Of a stretch of DNA of 64,000 nt, positions 10,372 through 21,198 are shown piece after piece. Within the stretch, counting starts at the first letter, position 1; each line of letters begins with the position of its first letter. This DNA is from a virus, in the IMG/VR virus record IMGVR_UViG_3300035670_010555, positions 1 through 64,000 of that record; one strand, 5' to 3'. The position numbers and the translations under genes are program-made. The notes below the pieces were generated by a model, which ran no database searches, was not told the DNA's origin, and saw only the letters and a program-made list of their open reading frames with translations.

Positions 10372-10379
10372 TATAAATA
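10372..10379 (-). promoter_or_regulatory. Putative late-promoter box TATTTATA
   Basis: 16 nt upstream of ATG 10355. Confidence 0.55.
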
Positions 10380-10394
10380 CTTTATTTCCTTTTT

Positions 10395-11489
10395 TCAATT
10401 AGTTCTTTCTTTATTAACTACGTTGAAAAATCCATATCCATAGTTAATCATATCTCCCAAGTTGTCAACTTCACCTAACCTCATTACTCTTTCATAGGCA
10501 CTATTCTTCCCCCTTTCAACGAATACATTGGTTTGTATTTGAGCTTGGTCGATTACTTTAAGTAAAACTTCATCTTTTGTAATAGGTTGTGCCGTTAAAT
10601 TATTTGATGTTAATCCCGATGATTCTTGGAAAAATATTGTGGTTCCATCATTGTAATCATAATAATGAACTCCAGTAATTGTATAGGCGGTAAAAACAGG
10701 ATTCATATCTGATATCGCCCCCCATATTTGCCCATAACTAATTACAGGTACTCCAACTTGAAACTTTGGGCTACCATACAATGCTAATTCATTTACTCTA
10801 GATTTTGTGTTTCCTGAAACCATAAATGGAATAGTAACATAGTTGTTAGATGTTTGAGCTGAGACTTCATTTATAGCATCTCCAGAAAAAATATAATTAT
10901 AAGATACAGGTGTCCCAATCCAATTCCCCGTTGATGGTGCAAAAAATGCTTCACCTTGTGGATTGAAAACCACAACATCGGTAAATGGTACATTGATTGT
11001 TTTCGATACTTTTGTTATACCCCAAGGATTAGTTTGTTCCAAAGTTATAGTATATTGTTTAGTCGCGGTTGGATAAGTATGAGTTATTGAATTGGGAGCA
11101 TAAGTTGTTATGGTTTGTTTCGGACTTCCATCCCCCCAATCCACTCTATACACTGACAACTCCAAAAACTTTTGGAATTCATCCGAAGTATTATAAACAT
11201 TCCACACATATGGATTAGTTGTTGTAGATGAGAACAAAAAGTTAGTTACAACATCTTTTTGCAACACCGCACCATCAAAAGGACTATAATATCCAGCATC
11301 AACTGCAGTTTGTCTTAGTAGTATAGGTACCGATAAATTAGTGAGTAATGATGTTCCATTAGGTCCTGAACTAACAACTTGGGTCATTGCAGAATAAACA
11401 CCGACAGGCGTTCCTTGGTAATTTACAACGGATAAATCCCTTGCAACATTTTCAGGAGAGACAATAAATCTGTAAGTATCCTGTGACAT
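10395..11489 (-). CDS. PKD/Ig-like domain structural protein
   Basis: YRVDWGDGS...ITHTYPT...YTITL PKD-type motif. Confidence 0.65.
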   Translation of the reverse strand: MSQDTYRFIVSPENVARDLSVVNYQGTPVGVYSAMTQVVSSGPNGTSLLTNLSVPILLRQTAVDAGYYSPFDGAVLQKDVVTNFLFSSTTTNPYVWNVYNTSDEFQKFLELSVYRVDWGDGSPKQTITTYAPNSITHTYPTATKQYTITLEQTNPWGITKVSKTINVPFTDVVVFNPQGEAFFAPSTGNWIGTPVSYNYIFSGDAINEVSAQTSNNYVTIPFMVSGNTKSRVNELALYGSPKFQVGVPVISYGQIWGAISDMNPVFTAYTITGVHYYDYNDGTTIFFQESSGLTSNNLTAQPITKDEVLLKVIDQAQIQTNVFVERGKNSAYERVMRLGEVDNLGDMINYGYGFFNVVNKERTN

Positions 11490-12319
11490 TATTGTGTTGG
11501 ATTTACATATTCATACCATTTTATGGGTATATTGGTACCCACCCTTTGCCCGCTAGTATTAAACACTTGGTAAGTTTGTGTTTCATAATCAAGTCTGACG
11601 GTATAATAAAAAAACTGTGTATTATCAAAAGCAAACTTATTTCCTCTCAAATTGAACTGAGGCCCGTTTGTAAGGTCAATTGAACTTGTTCCTCTACCTG
11701 TCATCATTTTTGTAAATTGCCCCGTCTTCGCATTGAAAAACTTTGCCGTCATATAAAATGTGTCTATATCAAGGAAGTTACGTTTTTTCAACCAATAGAT
11801 AAAAAATCCTTCTTTATCCCCAACATAATCTAAAATAAATTGAGGTTTTCTAATATTGACCAATGTACGTTGCATTTGTGTCTCCATCATCAAACCTTGT
11901 TGTGTTGGTAATATAATGGTCAAATAATTTGTTTGTTGTTTTTCATCAGGTGTGTCATAAAAATCTAACTTAAAAAACGAATTGGCAAACACATTTTCAT
12001 AATAATATACTTCTTGTGGAGTAAATCCTTCACTTAAATAATTGATTCTCCAATTACTTGAATCATCAAGGGACCCTCCAGAATAAAAATAAAATTCATA
12101 ATTAATTAATGTATCATTCGTCGTCCCTGTTGCAGGGGCATGGGCAAATCTTGACACTTCAAAATCTCTACCCTTACCGATAACATCTCTAATGACTTTG
12201 ACTTCATACTCATCAATCGCCAAACCCATACCTAAATAATCCCACTTGAGTTCCACAGGTATGTTGATTTGTTTGTCAACAATAACATTTTGTTTAATTA
12301 CAAACTTATTCACACTCAT
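11489..12319 (-). CDS. Hypothetical structural protein
   Basis: 276-aa ORF overlapping its neighbours in the structural operon. Confidence 0.7.
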   Translation of the reverse strand: MSVNKFVIKQNVIVDKQINIPVELKWDYLGMGLAIDEYEVKVIRDVIGKGRDFEVSRFAHAPATGTTNDTLINYEFYFYSGGSLDDSSNWRINYLSEGFTPQEVYYYENVFANSFFKLDFYDTPDEKQQTNYLTIILPTQQGLMMETQMQRTLVNIRKPQFILDYVGDKEGFFIYWLKKRNFLDIDTFYMTAKFFNAKTGQFTKMMTGRGTSSIDLTNGPQFNLRGNKFAFDNTQFFYYTVRLDYETQTYQVFNTSGQRVGTNIPIKWYEYVNPTQ

Positions 12320-14003
12320 CGATTAGTGGTTTTATTGCAAAGTCAAATCCATTAAGATTATCGTTATAATTTATTCCTTCAGGTATCAATCTGAAAATGA
12401 CTTGAGTATATGGATATTGCGCCGAATTCAAAAATGGATAATTCACTCCACGACGCAAGTTGTCAATAAACCCATAGGTATAAATATCCCTCCATCTGAA
12501 CTCTTGGTCCGCTGTAGAGTAAAATGACCAACTTGGAACATTTTCAATTGACCCTAATTCAGCTGTTTCAATATAATCCGAAAATACTTTAAGAACCATC
12601 GAGTTGTGAGGCTTATAATAATATCCAGGTGAATTGGTTGAAAAATTATTTGTGGTTTGAAACACAGTTTGGTTAAACTTTATCTTATGATAATATGGGG
12701 AAACAACGCGCTCAATTTGCTCATAATCATTCCATTCACAAAAATCCCCATCCATAATATCTCCAGCTTTCAAATCAGCATTATAATAGAATGTTTTTGT
12801 CGCACCGCTTGTGAGAGTATATGATGAAACTGATATGCTTGTATTTGACCTTTGATTATTCAAATCCCACCAAGGATTTGTTGTTTTGGATAAATTGAAC
12901 TCCCACCCTTGTTTCAATCCAACTCCATTAAATGGTTGATTGAAATATCCTGAGTATCCTCGATTTATTATCGTTAGACTAATTTCATTTATCGGTCTTT
13001 TTTGATTATCCAATAAACCCGCCAAATTCAAATCATAATTAGAAGTAACGTCATACGCGTTACTACTCGTCTTCTGAGATATCCTTGTAACATTGTTTGG
13101 TGTAATTGAACTAAACTCTAATTTCTTATCTTCCCCAAATACATTTTTTTCGAATCCAGCCTTTGTAATCGCAAGGTCTGTCACATTGGTTAATACCTTA
13201 TATTTCTTGACATAATATTTCGATCTAGTTTCAGTCAAGTTATCAGGATTAATCACCCTTCGAAATGTTCCGATAGTACCATTACTGAATGTTGCGCCAG
13301 TAAATCCAATATTAAATAAATTGAAAACATGTGAGCTGCTCCCAAGCAATCCATTGCCAATAGAGTATACCTGAAATATATTAGACCCCCTATAAGTCAA
13401 AGATAACTCAACGTATTCTCCCGTAGTTAATCCATGAGGTGCAACACAGACAAATGAAACCAACCCATTACCATTTTGCGTAGTATTCCTGATTGAAAAT
13501 GGGATTCCACTAGATGCAACCCAATTGACATCATTATTTGTTGAGGAGTAATATGTTAATTGTCTATTACTATCATTTTCATATGGGTATGTTAAATAAT
13601 ACATCCAATTATAGGTGTAAGCACTTTTTGCTTTGTATTGAAAATGGTTGTCCCCTACATTAGGCCGATAAAAATCAAACTCATAATACTGAGGAAATCC
13701 TCTCCAAATACCACTTTGTTTTGAAGACGTTGGATTGGTATAATAAAGATTGTATTGAAATGGTAAATAGGTCGTAGTACCAGTATAGGTATTATCATAC
13801 AAATATGTAATCTTAAATGTTGGTCTAAATATCGTACTTGTCTGTCGTTCATCATCATAAACCTGAGCAAGATTTAAGGTCGAAGTCCTATCATACTCAG
13901 TAATTTCTTGACTCTGTTCTTGGAGCGTTACAGAAAGTTCCTCATCTAAAGATGGTGCACCTTTATATCTAAGTCCACTTGGTATTATCGTATACTTATT
14001 CAT
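12306..14003 (-). CDS. Hypothetical structural protein (baseplate/fibre region)
   Basis: 565 aa; APHGLTTGEYVEL beta-barrel-type motif seen in phage structural proteins. Confidence 0.65.
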   Translation of the reverse strand: MNKYTIIPSGLRYKGAPSLDEELSVTLQEQSQEITEYDRTSTLNLAQVYDDERQTSTIFRPTFKITYLYDNTYTGTTTYLPFQYNLYYTNPTSSKQSGIWRGFPQYYEFDFYRPNVGDNHFQYKAKSAYTYNWMYYLTYPYENDSNRQLTYYSSTNNDVNWVASSGIPFSIRNTTQNGNGLVSFVCVAPHGLTTGEYVELSLTYRGSNIFQVYSIGNGLLGSSSHVFNLFNIGFTGATFSNGTIGTFRRVINPDNLTETRSKYYVKKYKVLTNVTDLAITKAGFEKNVFGEDKKLEFSSITPNNVTRISQKTSSNAYDVTSNYDLNLAGLLDNQKRPINEISLTIINRGYSGYFNQPFNGVGLKQGWEFNLSKTTNPWWDLNNQRSNTSISVSSYTLTSGATKTFYYNADLKAGDIMDGDFCEWNDYEQIERVVSPYYHKIKFNQTVFQTTNNFSTNSPGYYYKPHNSMVLKVFSDYIETAELGSIENVPSWSFYSTADQEFRWRDIYTYGFIDNLRRGVNYPFLNSAQYPYTQVIFRLIPEGINYNDNLNGFDFAIKPLIDECE

Positions 14004-17000
14004 CTACAGAATACTTTGTTTTGAATTTATCCAAAGCGGTTTCTCCTACAATTGTCCCAAAATAAAATTGGAAGGGAGCCCCCACTACAAATTTTTGTTT
14101 CAATGCTCCATTCGAAACGTATTGCCCATTTCCAACAGTCCCATTGACATTGAAAATATATCCACGTGCATTCAAATCATTGGACATAAAGTTAGACCCT
14201 AAAAAATAATCAGTGTTTGTCGAATATCTATCTAATGATTGATATCTAGTGTTTTGAATAATATCTGATGAAGATGTTGCCCAAGTATTAAATTGGTTTC
14301 CAAATATCAAATTTGTATTCGCCAATCTCCACTGATAGAAAGGAACTTGTTGTGATTTAATTCCATATGGATATGGATAATAACCAATATCGTCACTACC
14401 TCTAAAATTAATTCGTCCAGGGGCAATATAATCTTTTGTTTGTAAATCTTGAGTTGTAGAAGAAAACCATACTGCAATTGTTGGATTTTTTGGAGTTCCA
14501 AGAATTTGAGTTGGTTGGTTAGTCTCACCAGAAACACTATCATAATATTCAGGTGAAAAATTAATATTACCAATTTCACAATTAATAGACATTAATTGTG
14601 CCAAGTCTCCATCAATTCTTCTCTCGTCCCTTGAAAATAGTTGATTAATAGAATTATCTCCCAAAGGTATTAACTGTTGTAAGAAATTTTCATCAGTGAT
14701 TCTTGAAACCACAAATAGATTAATTAAATCAGATGTATCCCCATAACTTGTAGGACTAATGTTTGGCATTATAAATCCTCGAGTCGATGGATCGTAGGTT
14801 ATTTCTGAATAGAAATAATCTTTCATCCCTAAATTTATAATAGTGGTTGGAAACAATAGATTCAAATCATTTACACTTCCATCATTATTTGTTTGTTTAC
14901 CAACAAATCTATTAGTACTAAAATTGTAAGGACTACTTCTATAGTAGAAGTTATTACTATCCCGATTATAATAAATCACATCTTCACAAAATCTAACTTG
15001 ACTTACTCTATTTTGCCTATTATAGAATGTGTCTACTTGAATTGGGAAAAAATATAAAGAACCATTAACCCAATTATTCATGAATGATTGGGATAAAACT
15101 CCTCTACATAGGCCATAGAAAAATCTAAACCTAAACGCCCATTCTCCGAAGTTTTTAAGATCTTTAACCAAATCCAAACCAGGTCTCCTCATAAAAATAT
15201 AACAACCTTTTTCAACCGCATCTTTCGTTGTACACTCCTGATTAACTTCAAAGTTATCACCAAAACCTGTATAACAATCCAATCCAACCATATTCTCACA
15301 ATCAAAGGATGATAATACTGTTATTTCGTTTGGTAATCCCTCCAAATCTGCAGTAGGAATTTGCGCACCTGTAGCATAACCTACTAACTCAACAGGCTCA
15401 TCTAACTCGGGTATTTCATAAAAAACAAAATTATTATTCTGTTGTAACAATGCCGGATTAGTAGTCCAAGCACTACCATTCAATGCATCAGATGAAGGTA
15501 GTCTATCAGTCCTCATTACATTATTAATTTTAGAGGAAATTGCCATTGGAGACCCTGTCAATTGAGGATAAGCATTCGGAGTGAAATACTGAAATCTTAC
15601 ATCTCTATAACCAAAACTTGCTCCCGCACTAATATTTGCAAATATGTACGATGCACCAGACACATCCTCAGATAAATCATATTTTGCTGAGTTTTGAGTT
15701 GATGAATAGAAATCATTATTAGTTCTTGAAACCATTCCAACGACTCCTCCAATATTTCTTTGGTTCAATCTATTAGTATTAAATGTCGAGTCTAAACTAC
15801 CATAATAACCAACCGTTGAAGTTGTAAATCCACTAAAATCATTTCCAGCCTCAAAAAAATACGACGGATAGAACATTCCACTTTGAGTAAAAGGTTGAAC
15901 AGAAATATTTGTCTGCTCCAACTTTTGAATAGGTATATTCAATCGAGTTGATGCGGTAATTGTTAGATTTGAATCATCTATATTTTTTCCAAAAAGTCTA
16001 CCTAATTTATATTCGTTTTCATATTTAGGAGAATAGGGGTCCACTCCTCTTTGAAGAATTAGTATATATTGGTTATCTAAATTTTCTAAAACTGAAAGTG
16101 GACTAATTAATAAATTACCATCATCTTCATACCCTGTAAGTGGGAAACCTCTTTTTTTCCTTAAAAATATTCTAGATGGCGCACTTAAAACATTGGGGAA
16201 TGCTTCTAAATTAGTTGTGTCCCATATTTTGATAGCTTCCGAAATTGTTATTGCGGTAACGACTTGAAAATATTCTCTATCTTGTGGATATTGCTGACGG
16301 GTTACAGTACTACCCGTTGGTAAAGAATAAGAAACACTACTATCTGTTAGTTCGGTTACAGCATATTTTACAGTTACATTTGTTGACCCTTGTGTTGTTG
16401 TCCCCGTAATTCCATTGGCCAATCCATTGTCAGTTTGTGTCAAATACAAGAAATTTTTATCAGTAGATGTCGAAGGGTTGACTGTTGTTAATAATTGTCC
16501 AGATTCATAGAATTGGTTTGCCAAAACAGTTACAGTATTATCAAAGTGAAATTTTCCTAAGTTCGAATTTTTAGAAAAGGTTACCTTAATTTTATTCAAT
16601 TCTTCAAAATATGATTTTCTAGTGTTAAACACATTTATTCTTTCTCCCAAAGTAAGACTTTCGGCATATGCGAAATATCTTCTTTCATCAGACTCTTCAG
16701 ATAAAAATCGCACAACTTGAGATACGGGAGTTTTGAATATATTCAAGTCAGTAACCGAATCATCATTACCTGCAATGGCCTCTGAAAAAATTAATGATTT
16801 TAACTGAACGTCTTCTGACGGCGTACCATCAGAACCAAAAAAAGACTGTAATCCATCGTAATAACTTAAAGGTGAAGAAACGTAGGACAAAATACCATTT
16901 GTTCCCCCTAAGACATCAATCGATTCGACGTTTGTATCTTTACAAGTACAAGATTGACAGTCAGGATATGTAATCATTGGTAAACGAACCAAAAAACTTT

Positions 17001-18702
17001 TTGTTTCACATGACAACCTTAAAGCATTACAAATAAACGCAAAAGGCCTTATACGTAAAATTTTTACCCCACACAAGAAACACAAAGCCCTAATGACCGT
17101 TGTATAGATAAAAAGTAAAAGGTGAGCTTGAACCAAAAGAACTGACCCAACGAATTGAATTACTGTAAAAATAATTGAAAATAAAAAATACAGTAAATCA
17201 AAATTTTTGAATCCATCATTCACAGGAAACTTATTAATAGTACTCGAACATGTATCATCATCAATTTCTTTGATACCAATAAATCTGCCTCGACCACCTT
17301 TCTTATATTGGTCAATCAATGAAGATATTGTATAAACTCTATTAAACTGAAACTCATAGAATGTATCTTCACAGTCAATAATTTCATTTAATCTATCAAT
17401 TCTTTCAGATCCTGTAAATCCATTAGTATAACCAGTCCAAGATAAACCAAAATAATATGAACTTTCTTGTATATCTTTTCTTGTTTGGTCTTCTACATTT
17501 GTTGGGTCTGAAAGCGAATTAGTCCATCCATATTCCTTTACATTTGGTACTAGATAACTCGGCCTCCTTGTTTGAATAGTTAAATCATTTGGTTGTGTCC
17601 ATTTAATTTTGAATCTGTATTTACCTTTGGTCGGTATCCCCAATGTTGAATCATTAGACAACACCCTTTCTCCAAATTCATTGGTAACTATATAATCCAT
17701 ATTCATCGGTAACTCGGTTAACCAAGTCCCATCCCCATCGATGACGTTTCCAGCCTGTTCCAACTCAAAAACTTCTAAAACAGGATTTCCATCTTCATCT
17801 TGTTCCACAGTTTGTCGAATCGCCAATATTTGGCCTGGACCTGAAGTTAAGTCACATAAGTTACCTAGATTGTCTTTAGGTTTACAATTTTTTCTAATCC
17901 TAAAATTATCCGGTGAAGAAAACATAGACCCCATGAAAACCGAGGTTGGCTGAATATCAACATTAGCATCATCTCGTAAATCAAAATCTACTCTGTTAAT
18001 TGATATATCGCATATTTCAGGGTCTCCCCATAATGGAGATATCTCAGCCCTTTTAGATAAATTAATTATCTGAGGTAATGAATTTAAGTCGTTCGATGTA
18101 CGAAATCTATTGCCCGCAACTTGAGCTTCAGTAGCTAAACCAATTCTAATTAAATCTTGAGGTGTTAAAGAAAATTCACCGATATCAGAAAGGTCAACAT
18201 CCATGACTATGCTTTGTTCTCCAAGTGGAACTCCCATAATCATGTAATCACCACTATCATTAGTTTTTGAAGTGAATCGATAATACTTGTCATAAATCTC
18301 GACTGCAGTAGTGCCTGTTAGAACATCAGATTTTGTAGGCAATGTTCCTGTTGCAGAATGTTTTGAATATGAAGGAGTATAGGGGAGTAAATTATACCTA
18401 TATCCATCCTCATTTTTGTCATTTGGTGACTTGTATGGGTAGATACTTGTGATTAATGGATTTGACTCATCAACCTGAGATATAGGAATAAATATCGAGA
18501 CTCTTGCGTTCGGTACTCCAAAACCATTGTTTGCAGTGACTCTTCCCACCAAAACACCATAATCCGCACAACTTCTTGTGTAGATGTCAGTTTGTTGTAT
18601 TTTAAGAGATAGTATTTCTAAGAACTCAAACTCTTGGTCTAACTGTACATTAATAGATTTGTTAATACCAAGTTCGGTCTTAATTCTATATGAATCACCC
18701 AT
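13996..18702 (-). CDS. Large virion protein with an N-terminal carboxypeptidase-regulatory-like beta-sandwich and an internal hydrophobic/Cys-rich segment
   Basis: GVLVGRVTANNGFGVPNARVSIF...TNDSGDYMIMGVPLG motif; hydrophobic stretch FDLLYFLFSIIFTVIQFVGSVLLVQAHLLLFIY. Confidence 0.65.
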   Translation of the reverse strand: MGDSYRIKTELGINKSINVQLDQEFEFLEILSLKIQQTDIYTRSCADYGVLVGRVTANNGFGVPNARVSIFIPISQVDESNPLITSIYPYKSPNDKNEDGYRYNLLPYTPSYSKHSATGTLPTKSDVLTGTTAVEIYDKYYRFTSKTNDSGDYMIMGVPLGEQSIVMDVDLSDIGEFSLTPQDLIRIGLATEAQVAGNRFRTSNDLNSLPQIINLSKRAEISPLWGDPEICDISINRVDFDLRDDANVDIQPTSVFMGSMFSSPDNFRIRKNCKPKDNLGNLCDLTSGPGQILAIRQTVEQDEDGNPVLEVFELEQAGNVIDGDGTWLTELPMNMDYIVTNEFGERVLSNDSTLGIPTKGKYRFKIKWTQPNDLTIQTRRPSYLVPNVKEYGWTNSLSDPTNVEDQTRKDIQESSYYFGLSWTGYTNGFTGSERIDRLNEIIDCEDTFYEFQFNRVYTISSLIDQYKKGGRGRFIGIKEIDDDTCSSTINKFPVNDGFKNFDLLYFLFSIIFTVIQFVGSVLLVQAHLLLFIYTTVIRALCFLCGVKILRIRPFAFICNALRLSCETKSFLVRLPMITYPDCQSCTCKDTNVESIDVLGGTNGILSYVSSPLSYYDGLQSFFGSDGTPSEDVQLKSLIFSEAIAGNDDSVTDLNIFKTPVSQVVRFLSEESDERRYFAYAESLTLGERINVFNTRKSYFEELNKIKVTFSKNSNLGKFHFDNTVTVLANQFYESGQLLTTVNPSTSTDKNFLYLTQTDNGLANGITGTTTQGSTNVTVKYAVTELTDSSVSYSLPTGSTVTRQQYPQDREYFQVVTAITISEAIKIWDTTNLEAFPNVLSAPSRIFLRKKRGFPLTGYEDDGNLLISPLSVLENLDNQYILILQRGVDPYSPKYENEYKLGRLFGKNIDDSNLTITASTRLNIPIQKLEQTNISVQPFTQSGMFYPSYFFEAGNDFSGFTTSTVGYYGSLDSTFNTNRLNQRNIGGVVGMVSRTNNDFYSSTQNSAKYDLSEDVSGASYIFANISAGASFGYRDVRFQYFTPNAYPQLTGSPMAISSKINNVMRTDRLPSSDALNGSAWTTNPALLQQNNNFVFYEIPELDEPVELVGYATGAQIPTADLEGLPNEITVLSSFDCENMVGLDCYTGFGDNFEVNQECTTKDAVEKGCYIFMRRPGLDLVKDLKNFGEWAFRFRFFYGLCRGVLSQSFMNNWVNGSLYFFPIQVDTFYNRQNRVSQVRFCEDVIYYNRDSNNFYYRSSPYNFSTNRFVGKQTNNDGSVNDLNLLFPTTIINLGMKDYFYSEITYDPSTRGFIMPNISPTSYGDTSDLINLFVVSRITDENFLQQLIPLGDNSINQLFSRDERRIDGDLAQLMSINCEIGNINFSPEYYDSVSGETNQPTQILGTPKNPTIAVWFSSTTQDLQTKDYIAPGRINFRGSDDIGYYPYPYGIKSQQVPFYQWRLANTNLIFGNQFNTWATSSSDIIQNTRYQSLDRYSTNTDYFLGSNFMSNDLNARGYIFNVNGTVGNGQYVSNGALKQKFVVGAPFQFYFGTIVGETALDKFKTKYSVDE

Positions 18703-18717
18703 GTAATATCTTTAGTT

Positions 18718-18725
18718 TATAAATA
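18718..18725 (-). promoter_or_regulatory. Putative late-promoter box TATTTATA
   Basis: 15 nt upstream of ATG 18702. Confidence 0.55.
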
Positions 18726-18800
18726 GTTTATGTGTAATTTTTAAAAATTAAAAACACACACATTATAAATTATAACCCAAAGCCTTGGATAATAAACCGA

Positions 18801-20639
18801 TTATGATAAAGTAGTAGATTGGAAATTCTGAACCGAAACCTTTATATCTTTGTTTGGATATCTGATTTGATAAACCTGTGATGGTTGAGCAAAAATTGTT
18901 GAATTAACAGGTTGAATTTCTCGTGTTTCAGGATTAGCGTACTCCATAGAAGTTTCAGCAGACGAATATTGTCCACCTACGTTATTGAAAACTTTGATTG
19001 AAGATACGGTTAACACTCCGTTTTGATTTTGAACAATACTTTGTAATTCAGACAAATAAACGTTTTGTCCTAATTCTCTAACTTGTGGATTAAAGTACGT
19101 AGCGATTCTATCTACCACATCAGCAATAACTTGACCTGAATTTTGTGCAGAAGTTAACACAATCTGTACTTCAACACTTAAGTCAATAACCTCAGCAGTA
19201 AGAATTGAAATGTAGTCATTCATCATTCTATAATTAGAAAGATAGGTTGCAATATTTTGTCTTAATGTGTTTGACACAATGTTTGTTAATCTTCCTGAAG
19301 TATCGTATGATAACAATTGAATTAAAATTTTATTATCTATTTCGGTTACCGAAACTTTAGCAGGAGCACCAAATTCAGATGGCATATTTCTAATAATAGA
19401 CTCATAGTCTTGTACCGTAACTGCTCTCTTTTGAGCTGAGAAGTTGAATGAGACATAATTTCTAATTTCTTCAAGTGATGGTAATCCAGCTCCACCGATT
19501 GCCGCAGTAACGTTATTACATCTTAATGAGTTAACCACAGATGAGTTAGTAAGTTCTGATGGCCCATTTACAAAGAATGATACTGATCCAATCTGAGTAA
19601 TAACATTCGTTCCCAAGTTAGTACCTAAACCACCTCCAATTCTATATTGTACAAATAACGTTGAGTTTGGGGTCAATGCTGAACCTAAAGATATGTTATT
19701 CGAATATCTCTGTAAATCAATTGTGGTGCCTAATGTTGTGAATTGATTGAGAGCATCTTGCGCAGTATTTGTACCTCCACCAAAAGTAAGTTTTTTGAAC
19801 CCTTCTGGTGTATATTCACTAATGAACCTGTTCGGTGTTTGGATATATCTACCAACTTTAATACCCGGTTGGTCAGATACTTTAGTCGGGTCTTCGATAA
19901 AAACTCTATCTTCGGCCAAAGCGTCTACTTCATACCATTTATTTGCAGAACCTAAAAATTCCGCAGTTGTTGGTATGTTGGTATATTCAGTTCCACTTTT
20001 TAATAAAACACTTGTGATCCCTAATACATTTTTTTCAGGTAAAAATAATTCAAAAAATGGTTTAACATCATTTGGAGTAATAACTCTTTTGAATACCTTA
20101 GTAATACCATTAACAACCAATTCTCGTTTGGTAATAGTATAGTTCACTAGTACGTTGTTGGCATTACGATTTGGAATTTTAAGTCTGTTTGGAAAACCTT
20201 GGGCGTTGTATGGTGAGGTAAAATCTACGTCGTATATATTTTCAAACACAATGCCTGCACCTGAAACTTGTGATCCTCTGGCTAAAGTTCCAAGATATCT
20301 TTCATCTTCTTTGTCACCGAAAACCGGCACCGTAATTGAAAAATCTACTAAAGATACTGATGGTCTTTGACCAGGAAGTTTTAATCCATAAGTTCTTGCA
20401 ATATTATATATTGAAGACCTTTGTTGAGCATATTGTAGTACAGTTTCTTGAATACTCCTATCAATATGATAATGTAAGTTATCCGCAACCGCAGCATTCA
20501 AATCTAAGAATACTGAGAATACAGATGCATCATTAAAATCCTGAATTAGTTCTGGATAGTATGTTCTTACATAATTTAGTAACTCAGTTCTTATCCCCTG
20601 ATAATCTCTAGTTGTATATGAAATTTTACGATTTGCCAT
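18801..20639 (-). CDS. Baseplate wedge protein (T4 gp6 / baseplate J-like)
   Basis: YTTRDYQGIRTEL N-terminus; GGAGLPSLEEIR...AQKRAVTVQDYE motif. Confidence 0.85.
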   Translation of the reverse strand: MANRKISYTTRDYQGIRTELLNYVRTYYPELIQDFNDASVFSVFLDLNAAVADNLHYHIDRSIQETVLQYAQQRSSIYNIARTYGLKLPGQRPSVSLVDFSITVPVFGDKEDERYLGTLARGSQVSGAGIVFENIYDVDFTSPYNAQGFPNRLKIPNRNANNVLVNYTITKRELVVNGITKVFKRVITPNDVKPFFELFLPEKNVLGITSVLLKSGTEYTNIPTTAEFLGSANKWYEVDALAEDRVFIEDPTKVSDQPGIKVGRYIQTPNRFISEYTPEGFKKLTFGGGTNTAQDALNQFTTLGTTIDLQRYSNNISLGSALTPNSTLFVQYRIGGGLGTNLGTNVITQIGSVSFFVNGPSELTNSSVVNSLRCNNVTAAIGGAGLPSLEEIRNYVSFNFSAQKRAVTVQDYESIIRNMPSEFGAPAKVSVTEIDNKILIQLLSYDTSGRLTNIVSNTLRQNIATYLSNYRMMNDYISILTAEVIDLSVEVQIVLTSAQNSGQVIADVVDRIATYFNPQVRELGQNVYLSELQSIVQNQNGVLTVSSIKVFNNVGGQYSSAETSMEYANPETREIQPVNSTIFAQPSQVYQIRYPNKDIKVSVQNFQSTTLS

Positions 20640-20644
20640 CTATA

Positions 20645-21115
20645 TTAAATATTAATAATAACAAAATCACTTTGAGCAAAAGATGATCTGTTGTTTGAAT
20701 AATCTATTCTAATTTTTGCAGTATATTCCGAGGTACCTTTTCCGGGTAATCTATAAATTGGAGATTCGCTTGTACCAATAATGTTTTCACCTATCATAGT
20801 ATCTACTTCTTGCTCAGGGTCTGCTGGTGTAATTGTTATCTGATTTAATAAAAGGTTAGGCATAAATTGTTGAACCGCGTCTCTAATATCCGATTGAATT
20901 GCATCGAAAGTCAGTCCATCAAAAGGTTCAAATAAGAATTCGTATAATCTAGTACCAAATTCAGGTAAATAATATCTACTGCCTTTTCTTGTTAAAAGTA
21001 AATGTATTAAATCAGATTTTACCTGCTGAGCCTCTAACTGGGTAAGTTCTAAAAAATCACCACGTCTCGAATCTCTGAATGGAAAATTAATACCATATGT
21101 AACTCCGTTCGCCAT
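20645..21115 (-). CDS. Baseplate gp25/GPW-like sheath initiator
   Basis: LIHLLLTRKGSRYYLPEFGTRLYEFLFEP signature. Confidence 0.9.
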   Translation of the reverse strand: MANGVTYGINFPFRDSRRGDFLELTQLEAQQVKSDLIHLLLTRKGSRYYLPEFGTRLYEFLFEPFDGLTFDAIQSDIRDAVQQFMPNLLLNQITITPADPEQEVDTMIGENIIGTSESPIYRLPGKGTSEYTAKIRIDYSNNRSSFAQSDFVIINI

Positions 21116-21118
21116 AAA

Positions 21119-21153
21119 GATAAATATAAGTCCCTTGTTTTTCCTTATAAATA
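21119..21153 (-). promoter_or_regulatory. Tandem putative late boxes (TATTTATC 21119-21126; TATTTATA 21146-21153)
   Basis: Lie between the nrdA terminator and the gp25-like ATG. Confidence 0.55.
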
Positions 21154-21160
21154 GCCCAAA

Positions 21161-21188
21161 ATAAAAAATCCCGATATATGTCGGGATT
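21161..21188 (-). terminator. Intrinsic terminator after nrdA
   Basis: AATCCCGA-CATATA-TCGGGATT stem-loop followed by TTTTAT on the minus strand. Confidence 0.8.
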
Positions 21189-21198
21189 AATTATTTAA

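Noticed and set aside
18716-18770. Imperfect AT-rich palindrome (ATGTGT...AATTTTTAAAAATT...ACACAT) as an origin or operator
   Set aside because: Low-complexity AT DNA with no independent support
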